Assembly (NCBI RefSeq): GCF_009914755.1 | Contig: NC_060948.1 | Length of the DNA stretch: 64,000 bases | Reading direction: 5' to 3' (one strand) | From: the human T2T-CHM13v2.0 reference genome, Homo sapiens | Part shown: positions 53,455 to 64,000 of the stretch, one piece after another | Layout: each line of letters starts with the position of its first letter | Position numbering within the stretch: position 1 is the stretch's first letter | Position numbers and translations under genes: made by a program | The notes under the pieces: model-generated | The model's database searches: none | The model's input: the letters and a program-made list of their open reading frames with translations, nothing else | What the model was told of the DNA's origin: nothing

Positions 53455-56400
53455 TTTCACGGAATGGAATCAAACTGAATGGAATCAAATCAATGGAATA
53501 TAATCAAATGGAATGGAAAGGAATTGAATGGAGTAGATTGGATTGGATGGGATTGGAATGAAATGTACTGGAAAGGACTCGAATTTCATGAAACGGAATG
53601 GAATGAATTAGAACGGAATGGACTCGAATGGAATGGAATGTCATGGAATGGCATCAAATGGAATGGAATCGAATGCAATGGAATGCTTTGGAATGGAATG
53701 GAATGCATTGGAATGGAATGTCCTCTAATGGAATGTATTCGAGTGGAATGGAATCGAATATAATGGAGTCTAATGAAATGGAATTGAAAGGAATGGGACC
53801 GAATACAATGGAATATACTGGAATGTAATGTAATGAACTCGAATGTAATTGACTGGAATGGAATGTACATGAATGGAATGTAATCGAATGGAAAGCAATC
53901 CAATGGAATAGAATCTAATGCAATAAAATCGACTCAAATAGAGTAGAATGTAATGGAATGGAGTGCAGTGCAATGGAATGGAATGGAATGGAATGCAATG
54001 GAATGGAATGGAATGGAATGGGATGGAATGGTATGGAATGGATAGTAATGGACTGGAGTGAAATGGACTGGAAAAGAATGGACTCAAATTGAAAGGGCTC
54101 GAAAGGAATGGAGTCAAATGGAATGGTCTGGAATGGAATGAACACGAATGTAATGCAATCCAATAGAATGGAATCGAATGGCATGGAATATAAAGAAATG
54201 GAATCGAAGAGAATGGAAACAAATGGAATGGAATTGAATGGAATGGAATTGAATGGAATGGGAACGAATGGAGTGAAATTGTATGCAGTAGAAGAGAATA
54301 GAATGGAATGCAAGCGAAAGGAAAGGAATGGATTGGAATGGAATGGAATTCATTGGAATGGAAGGGAATGTAGTGTAATGGACAGGCCTGGAATAAAGTG
54401 GAATGCTACGGTCTCGAATGGAATAAAAATGTATGGAACGGAATGCAATGAAACGGAATCGAATGTCATAGAATGTAATGGAATGCAAAAAAATGGACTC
54501 CAAAATCATTGACTGGAAAGGCTGGGTGTCGAAAGGAATTGACTCCAATGGAATGGAATCGAATGGAATGGAAGTGAATAGAATCGAACTAAATCGAATG
54601 GAATGGAATTGATAGGAACGGAATGGAAAGGAATGCAATGATTTGGCATGGAATGGAATCGAATGGCATCGAATGGAATGGAATGGAATGCAATGGAATG
54701 GAATGTATTAGAATGTAATGAACTTTAATGGAATGTACTCGAATGGATTCGACTGGAATGGAATGTTCTCGAAGTGAATGGACTCCAATGGAATGGATTC
54801 GAAAGGAATGGAATCTAATGGAATGGAATTAAATGGAAATGAATCAAATTGAATAGAACGGAATTGAATTGAATGGAATCGAATGCAATGGAATCTAATG
54901 AAACGGAAAGGAAAGGAATGGAATGGATTGGAATGGAATGGGCTGGAATGGAATGGAATCGAAACGAATGGAATGGAATCGAACTGAAGAGACTGGAATG
55001 GAATGCACTGGAATGGAAGGGAATGTAATGGAAGGTTCTCGAAAAAAATGGAATCGAAAGGAATGGAATTGAATGGAACGGAATAGAGTCGAATGGAATT
55101 GAATGGAATGGAATGGACTAGAGTGAAATGGAATCGAACCACAAGGAATGGACAGGAATAGAATGGTCTCGAATTGAATGGAATCGTATGGAATGGCATC
55201 AAACGGAATGGAATGTACAGCCACGGAATGGAATGGACACCCACGGAATGGAATGCACTCGAATGCAATGGAGTCGACACTAATGGACTGGAATAGAATG
55301 GACTCGACTGGTACGGACTCCAATGGAATGGAATCGAATGGAAGGGAATCGAAAGGAATGGACTCGAAGGGAAAAGACTGCAATGGAAAGGTCTCGAATG
55401 GAATGGAAATTAATGGAATGGAATGGAATCGAATGAAATGGAGTCAAAAGGAATGGAATCGAATGGCAAGAAATCGAATGTAATGGAATCGCAAGGAATT
55501 GATGTGAACGGAACGGAATGGAATGGAATCCAAAGGAATGGAATAGAATGGAATGGAATCGAATGGAAAGGACTCGAATGGAAATCACTCGAATAGAATG
55601 CAATTTAATAAAATAGGATCAAATGTAATGGAATGGAATGGAAAGGAATCGAAACGAAAGGAATGGAGACAGATGGAATGGAATGGAACAGAGAGCAATG
55701 GTATAGAATGGAATGGAATCATCTGGAATGGAATTGAATGGAATGGAATAATATGAAATGGAATGGAATGGAATGGAATGCCCTTGAATTAAATGGACTG
55801 GAATGCAATGGACTCGAACAGAGTGGAATGGAAAGTGTTGAAATAGAATGGAATGGACTCGTTTGGAATGGTCTAGTATGCAATGCAATCGACTGGCAGG
55901 GAATCAAAAGGAATGTAATCGAATGGATTGGACTGGAATGCAATGGACTCGAATAGATTGGAAGCGGAAAGCAAAGGAATGGAATGGAATAGTATGGAAT
56001 GGAATGCAAAGGAATGGAGTGGAATAGACTAGAGTGGAATGGAATGGACTCGAAAGCAATGGACTGGAATGGAACTTTCTTGAATGGACTGGAATCAAAC
56101 GGAATGGAATGCAATGCAATCAAATGGCATGGAATAAAATAGAATGAAAGAGAATCAAATGGAATTGAATCGAATGGAATCGAATGGATTGGAAAGGAAT
56201 AGAATGGAATGGAATGGAATTGACTCAAATGGAATGGACTAGAATGGAATGGATTCGAATGGAAGGCAAAGGAATGGAATCTATTGGAATGGACTGTAAT
56301 GGAATGGAATGGAAGGGATTGGAATGGACTCGAATGGAATGCGCTGCAATAGAAAGGATTCGAATGGAATGAAAAAGAATTGAATGGAATAGAACAGAAT

Positions 56401-57003
56401 GGAATCAAATCGAATGAAATGGAATGGAATAGAAAGGAATGCAATGAAATGGAATGGAAAGGATTCCAATGGAATGCAATCGAATGGAATGAAATCGATT
56501 GGAATGGAATCGAACGGAATGGAATAAAATGGAAGAAAACTGGCAAGAAATGGAGTCGAAATGAATGGAGTGTTATGGAACGGACTCAAAAGGAATTGAA
56601 TGTAATAGAATGGAGTGGAGTGGACTCGAATATAATGGACTGGAGTGGAATGAAATCACATGGAATGGGAACGAATGGAATGGAATGGAAAGGAATGGAA
56701 TCGAATGGAAAGGAATCGAATGGAAGGGAATGAAATTGAATCAACAGGAATGGAAGGGAGTAGAATCGACGGTAATGGAATGGACTCGAATAGAATGGAC
56801 ACGAATGCTCAAATTGAATGGACTCGAATGGAATGGAAACGAAAGGAATGTCATCGAATGGAATTGAATCGATTGGAATGAAATCACATAGAATGGAGTG
56901 GAATCAAATGGAATTGAATCGAAAGGAAAGGAAGCGAATGGACTGAAATGAAATGGAATGGAATTGAATGGAAATTAATGCAATGGAATAGAATGGAACG
57001 AAA
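53455..57003 (+). repeat. DYZ1 unit U16, type D (3549 bp)
   Basis: D markers as in U5 and U8. Confidence 0.9.
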
Positions 57004-60000
57004 TTTCACGGAATGGAATCAAACTGAATGGAATCAAATCAATGGAATATAATCAAATGGAATGGAAAGGAATTGAATGGAGTAGATTGGATTGGATGGG
57101 ATTGGAATGAAATGTACTGGAAAGGACTCGAATTTCATGAAACGGAATGGAATGAATTAGAACGGAATGGACTCGAATGGAATGGAATGTCATGGAATGG
57201 CATCAAATGGAATGGAATCGAATGCGATGGAATGCTATGGAATGGAATGGAATGCATTGGAATGGAATGTCCTCTAATGGAATGGATTCGAGTGGAATGG
57301 AATCGAATATAATGGAGTCTAATGAAATAGAATTGAAAGGAATGGGACCGAATACAATGGAATATACTGGAATGTAATGTAATGAACTCGAATGTAATTG
57401 ACTGGAATGGAATGTACGTGAATGGAATGTAATCGAATGGAAAGCAATCCAATGGAATAGAATCTAATGCAATAAAATCGAGTCAAATAGAGTAGAATGT
57501 AATGGAATGGAGTGCAGTGCAATGGAATGGAATGGAATGGAATGCAATGGAATGGAATGGAATGGGATGGAATGGTATGGAATGGATAGTAATGGACTGG
57601 AGTGAAATGGACTGGAAAAGAATGGACTCAAATTGAAAGGGCTCGAAAGGAATGGAGTCAAATGGAATGGTCTGGAATGGAATGAACACGAATGTAATGC
57701 AATCCAATAGAATGGAATCGAATGGCATGGAATATAAAGAAATGGAATCGAAGAGAATGGAAACAAATGGAATGGAATTGAATGGAATGGAATTGAATGG
57801 AATGAGAACGAATGGAGTGAAATTGTATGCAGTAGAAGAGAATAGAATGGAATGCAAGCGAAAGGAAAGGAATGGATTGGAATGGAATGGAATTCATTGG
57901 AATGGAAGGGAATGTAGTGTAATGGACAGGCCTGGAATAAAGTGGAATGCTACGGTCTCGAATGGAATAAAAATGTATGGAATGGAATGCAATGAAACGG
58001 AATCGAATGTCATAGAATGTAATGGAATGCAAAAAAATGGAATCCAAAATCATTGACTGGAAAGGCTGGGTGTCGAAAGGAATTGACTCCAATGGAATGG
58101 AATCGAATGGAATGGAAGTGAATAGAATCGAACTAAATCGAATGGAATGGAATTGATAGGAACGGAATGGAAAGGAATGCAATGATTTGGCATGGAATGG
58201 AATCGAATGGCATCGAATGGAATGGAATGGAATGCAATGGAATGGAATGTATTAGAATGTAATGAACTTTAATGGAATGTACTCGAATGGATTCGACTGG
58301 AATGGAATGTTCTCGAAGTGAACGGACTCCAATGGAATGGATTCGAAAGGAATGGAAACTAATGGAATGGAATTAAACGGAAATGAATCAAATAGAATAG
58401 AACGGAATTGAATTGAATGGAATCGAATGCAATGGAATCTAATGAAACGGAAAGGAATGGAATGGAATGGGCTGGAATGGAATGGAATCGAAACGAATGG
58501 AATGGAATCGAACTGAAGAGACTGGAATGGAATGCACTGGAATGGAAGGGAATGTAATGGAAGGTTCTCGAAAAAAATGGAATCGAAAGGAATGGAATTG
58601 AATGGAACGGAATAGAGTCGAATGGAATTCAATGGAATGGAATGGACTAGAGTGAAATGGAATCGAACCACAAGGAATGGACAGGAATAGAATGGTCTCG
58701 AATTGAATGGAATCGTATGGAATGGCATCAAACGGAATGGAATGGACAGCCACGGAATGGAATGGACACCCACGGAATGGAATGCACTCGAATGCAATGG
58801 AGTCGACACTAATGGACTGGAATAGAATGGACTCGACTGGTACGGACTCCAATGGAATGGAATCGAATGGAAGGGAATCGAAAGGAATGGACTCGAAGGG
58901 AAAAAACTGCAATGGAAAGGTCTCCAATGGAATGGAAATTAATGGAATGGAATGGAATCGAATGAAATGGAGTCAAAAGGAATGGAATCGAATGGCAAGA
59001 AATCGAATGTAATGGAATCGCAAGGAATTGATGTGAACGGAACGGAATGGAATGGAATCCAAAGGAATGGAATAGAATGGAATGGAATCGAATGGAAAGG
59101 ACTCGAATGGAAATCACTCGAATAGAATGCAATTTAATAAAATAGGATCAAATGTAATGGAATGGAATGGAAAGGAATCGAAACGAAAGGAATGGAGACA
59201 GATGGAATGGAATGGAACAGAGAGCAATGGTATAGAATGGAATGGAATCATCTGGAATGGAATTGAATGGAATGGAATAATATGAAATGGAATGGAATGG
59301 AATGGAATGCCCTTGAATTAAATGGACTGGAATGCAATGGACTCGAACAGAGTGGAATGGAAAGTGTTGAAATAGAATGGAATGGACTCGTTTGGAATGG
59401 TCTAGTATGCAATGCAATCGACTGGCAGGGAATCAAAAGGAATGTAATCGAATGGATTGGACTGGAATGCAATGGACTCGAATAGATTGGAAACGGAAAG
59501 CAAAGGAATGGAATGGAATAGTATGGAATGGAATGCAAAGGAATGGAGTGGAATAGACTAGAGTGGAATGGAATGGACTCGAAAGCAATGGACTGGAATG
59601 GAACTTTCTTGAATGGACTGGAATCAAACGGAATGGAATGCAATGCAATCAAATGGCATGGAATAAAATAGAATGAAAGAGAATCAAATGGAATTGAATC
59701 GAATGGAATCGAATGGATTGGAAAGGAATAGAATGGAATGGAATGGAATTGACTCAAATGGAATGGACTAGAATGGAATGGATTCGAATGGAAGGCAAAG
59801 GAATGGAATCTATTGGAATGGACTGTAATGGAATGGAATGGAAGGGATTGGAATGGACTCGAATGGAATGGACTGCAGTAGAAAGGATTCGAATGGAATG
59901 AAAAAGAATTGAATGGAATAGAACAGAATGGAATCAAATCGAATGAAATGGAATGGAATAGAAAGGAATGGAATGAAATGGAATGGAAAGGATTCGAATG

Positions 60001-60532
60001 GAATGCAATCGAATGGAATGCAATCGAATGGAATGGAATCGAACGGAATGGAATAAAATGGAAGAAAACTGGCAAGAAATGGAATCGAAATGAATGGAGT
60101 GTTATGGAACGGACTCAAAAGGAATTGAATGTAATAGAATGGAGTGGAGTGGACTCGAATATAATGGACTGGAATGGAATGAAATCACATGGAATGGGAA
60201 CGAATGGAATGGAATGGAAAGGAATGGAATCGAATGCAAAGGAATCGAATGGAAGGGAATGAAATTGAATCAACAGGAATGGAAGGGAGTAGAATAGACG
60301 GTAATGGAATGGACTCGAATAGAATGGACACGAATGCTCAAATTGAATGGACTCGAATGGAATGGAAACGAAAGGAATGTCATCGAATGGAATTGAATCG
60401 ATTGGAATGAAATCACATAGAATGGAGTGGAATCAAATGGAATTGAATCGAAAGGAAAGGAAGCGAATGGACTGAAATGAAATGGAATGGAATTGAATGG
60501 AAAGTAATGCAATGGAATAGAATGGAACGAAA
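57004..60532 (+). repeat. DYZ1 unit U17, type E (3529 bp)
   Basis: E markers as in U6 and U9. Confidence 0.9.
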
Positions 60533-63500
60533 TTTCACGGAATGGAATCAAACTGAATGGAATCAAATCAATGGAATATAATCAAATGGAATGGAAAGGA
60601 ATTGAACGGAGTAGATTGGATTGGATGGGATTGGAATGAAATGTACTGGAAAGGACTCGAAATTCATGAAACGGAATGGAATGAACTGGAACGGAATGGA
60701 ATCGAATGGAATGGAATGTCATGTAATGGCATCAAATGGAATGGAATCGAATGCGATGGAATGCTATGGAATGGAATGGAATGCATAGGAATGGAATGTC
60801 CTCTAATGGAATGTATTCGAGTGGAATGGAATCGAATATAATGCAGTCTAATGAAATGGAATTGAAAGGAATGGGACCGAATACAATGGAATAAACTGGA
60901 ATGTAATGTAATGAACTCGAATGTAATTGACTGGAATGGAATGTACATGAATGGAATGTAATCGCATGGAAAGCAATCCAATGGAATAGAATCTAATGCA
61001 ATAAAATCGACTCAAATAGAGTAGAATGTAATGGAATGGAGTGCAGTGCAATGGAATGGAATGGAATGCAACGGAATGGAATGGAATGGAATGGAATGGG
61101 ATGGAATGGTATGGAATGGATAGTAATGGACTGGAGTGAAATGGACTGGAAAAGAATGGACTCAAATTGAAAGGGCTCGAAAGGAATGGAGTCAAATGGA
61201 ATGGTCTGGAATGGAATGAACACGAATGTAATGCAATCCAATAGAATGGAATCGAATGGCATAGAATATAAAGAAATGGAATCGAAGAGAATGGAAACAA
61301 ATGGAATGGAATTGAATGGAATGGAATTGAATGGAATGGGAACGAATGGAGTGAAATTGTATGCAGTAGAAGAGAATAGAATGGAATGCAAGCGAAAGGA
61401 AAGGAATGGATTGGAATGGAATGGAATTCATTGGAATGGAAGGGAATGTAGTGTAATGGACAGGCCTGGAATAAAGTGGAATGCTACGGTCTCGAATGGA
61501 ATAAAAATGTATGGAATGGAATGCAATGAAACGGAATCGAATGTCATAGAATGTAATGGAATGCAAAAAAATGGAATCCAAAATCATTGACTGGAAAGGC
61601 TGGGTGTCGAAAGGAATTGACTCCAATGGAATGGAATCGAATGGAATGGAAGTGAATAGAATCGAACTAAATCGAATGGAATGGAATTGATAGGAACGGA
61701 ATGGAAAGGAATGCAATGATTTGGCATGGAATGGAATCGAAAGGCATCGAATGGAATGGAATGGAATGCAATGGAATGGAATGTATTAGAATGTAATGAA
61801 CATTAATGGAAAGTACTCGAATGGATTCGACTGGAATGGAATGTTCTGGAAGTGAATGGACTCCAATGGAATGGATTCGAAAGGAATGGAATCGAACGGA
61901 ATGGAATTAAACGGAAATGAATCAAATAGAATAGAACGGAATTGAATTGAATGGAATCGAATGCAATGGAATCTAATGAAACGGAAAGGAATGGAATGGA
62001 ATGGGCTGGAATGGAATGGAATCGAAACGAATGGAATGGAATCGAACTGAAGAGACTGGAATGGAATGCACTGGAATGGAAGGGAATGTAATGGAAGGTT
62101 CTCGAAAAAAATGGAATCGAAAGGAATGGAATTGAATGGAACGGAATAGAGTCGAATGGAATTCAATGGAATGGAATGGACTAGAGTGAAATGGAATCGA
62201 ACCACAAGGAATGGACAGGAATAGAATGGTCTCGAATTGAATGGAATCGTATGGAATGGCATCAAACGGAATGGAATGGACGGCCACGGAATGGAATGCA
62301 CTCGAATGCAATGGAGTCGAAACTAATGGACTGGAATAGAATGGACTCGACTGGTACGGACTCCAATGGAATGGAATCGAATGGAAGGGAATCGAACGGA
62401 ATGGACTCGAAGGGAAAAGACTGCAATGGAAAGGTCTCGAATGGAATGGAAATTAATGGAATGGAATGGAATCGAATGAAATGGAGTCAAAAGGAATGGA
62501 ATCGAATGGCAAGAAATCGAATGTAATGGAATCGCAAGGAATTGATGTGAACGGAACGGAATGGAATGGAATCCAAAGGAATGGAATAGAATGGAATGGA
62601 ATCGAATGGAAAGGACTCGAATGGAAATCACTCGAATAGAATGCAATTTAATAAAATAGGATCAAATGTAATGGAATGGAATGGAAAGGAATCGAAACGA
62701 AAGGAATGGAGACAGATGGAATGGAATGGAACAGAGAGCAATGGTATAGAATGGAATGGAATCATCTGGAATGGAATTGAATGGAATGGAATAATATGAA
62801 ATGGAATGGAATGGAATGGAATACCCTTGAATTAAATGGACTGGAATGGAATGGACTCGAACAGAGTGGAATGGAAAGTGTTGAAATAGAATGGAATGGA
62901 CTCGTTTGGAATGGTCTAGTATGCAATGCAATCGACTGGCAGGGAATCAAAAGGAATGTAATCGAATGGATTGGACTGGAATGCAATGGACTCGAATAGA
63001 TTGGAAACGGAAAGCAAAGGAATGGAATGGAATAGTATGGAATGGAATGCAAAGGAATGGAGTGGAATAGACTAGAGTGGAATGGAATGGACTGGAAAGC
63101 AATGGACTGGAATGGAACTTTCTTGAATGGACTGGAATCAAACGGAATGGAATGCAATGCAATCAAATGGCATGGAATAAAATAGAATGAAAGAGAATCA
63201 AATGGAATTGAATCGAATGGAATCGAATGGATTGGAAAGGAATAGAATGGAATGGAATGGAATTGACTCAAATGGAATGGACTAGAATGGAATGGATTCG
63301 AATGGAAGGCAAAGGAATGGAATCTATTGGAATGGACTGTAATGGAATGGAATGGAAGGGATTGTAATGGACTCGAATGGAATGGACTGCAGTAGAAAGG
63401 ATTCGAATGGAATGAAAAAGAATTGAATGGAATAGAACAGAATGGAATCAAATCGAATGAAATGGAATGGAATAGAAAGGAATGGAATGAAATGGAATGG

Positions 63501-64000
63501 AAAGGATTCGAATGGAATGCAATCGAATGGAATGAAATCGAATGGAATGGAATCGAACGGAATGGAATAAAATGGAAGAAAACTGGCAAGAAATGGAATC
63601 GAAATGAATGGAGTGTTACGGAACGGACTCAAAAGGAATTGAATGTAATAGAATGGAGTGGAGTGGACTCGAATATAATGGACTAGAATGGAATGAAATC
63701 ACATGGAATGGGAACGAATGGAATGGAATGGAAAGGAATGGAATCGAATGGAAAGGAATCGAATGGAAGGGAATGAAATTGAATCAACAGGAATGGAAGG
63801 GAGTAGAATAGACGGTAATGGAATGGACTCGAATAGAATGGACACGAATGCTCAAATTGAATGGACTCGAATGGAATGGCAACGAAAGGAATGTCATCGA
63901 ATGGAATTGAATCGTTGGAATGAAATCACATAGAATGGAGTGGAATCAAATGGAATTGAATCGAAAGGAAAGGAAGCGAATGGACTGAAATGAAATGGAA
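60533..64000 (+). repeat. DYZ1 unit U18, type A'' (nearly complete, cut by the window end)
   Basis: A'' markers, offset 10,591 bp from U15. Confidence 0.9.

Larger units (their letters stand above)
1..64000 (+). repeat. DYZ1: Human Satellite III (HSat3) array, DYZ1 family (Yq12 heterochromatin); degenerate GGAAT pentamers in ~3.5 kb head-to-tail units
   Basis: Seen: GGAAT-derived pentamers throughout, with unique motifs recurring every 3.50-3.55 kb (AGGCCT at 1487, 4985, 8522, 12036, 15549, 19093, 22627, 26140, 29684, 33218, 36767, 40301, 43815, 47357, 50871, 54384, 57928, 61462). Knowledge (recalled, not searched): the minus strand from the HaeIII site, CCTGTCCATTACACTACATTCCCTTCC..., matches the DYZ1 unit, and the unit size fits DYZ1. 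Confidence 0.96.
49942..64000 (+). repeat. Higher-order repeat A-D-E-A, period 10,591 bp
   Basis: Anchors 50595/61186 differ by 10,591 bp, with the same unit types and lengths as U7-U9. Confidence 0.88.

Noticed and set aside
18-63933. Hundreds of ORFs (MEWNG-rich on +, FHSIP-rich on -, up to 275 aa)
   Set aside because: They are the direct translation of (GGAAT)n/(ATTCC)n, which has no stop codon in any frame. They overlap in several frames, are low-complexity, and gain stops and frameshifts freely between units.
1-64000. CRISPR-like repeat/spacer appearance
   Set aside because: There are no constant repeats with unique spacers; the variant motifs themselves recur every 3.5 kb, and no cas genes are present.
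1-64000. Insertions, inversions or DYZ2/Alu/L1 boundaries
   Set aside because: None seen. Every unit is 3497-3549 bp, in the same orientation, and length differences are explained by small indels.
1-64000. Assignment to HSat2 or autosomal HSat3
   Set aside because: It lacks the CATTCGATTC/GATGAT-dominated pattern of HSat2, and the 3.5 kb period and primer sites fit DYZ1.

Overview
The whole 64 kb window is one uninterrupted, single-orientation array of human Satellite III, (GGAAT)n on + and (CATTC)n on -, built from ~3.5 kb units. I recognise it as the Y-chromosome Yq12 DYZ1 repeat: each unit has one StuI/HaeIII AGGCCT site, and both classic DYZ1 sexing-primer sites lie 154 bp apart. There are 17 complete units plus two partial ones, with no credible genes, RNA genes or transposons; all ORFs are artefacts of the pentamer. 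Shared variants sort the units into types in the order (C-tail) A B C A' D E A'' D E D* E* A/F B C A'' D E A''. This gives two trimeric higher-order repeats sharing the A unit (ABC 10,549 bp; ADE 10,591 bp) and an ~38.8 kb (11-unit) re-duplication. Other structure includes haplotype switches clustering in one short segment of the unit, a divergent patch, and a possible micro-conversion tract. The most functionally suggestive signal is three perfect heat-shock elements (nGAAnnTTCnnGAAn) per unit, about 52 in the window. I found no new protein-coding system. All variant calls were made by eye and need alignment to confirm.
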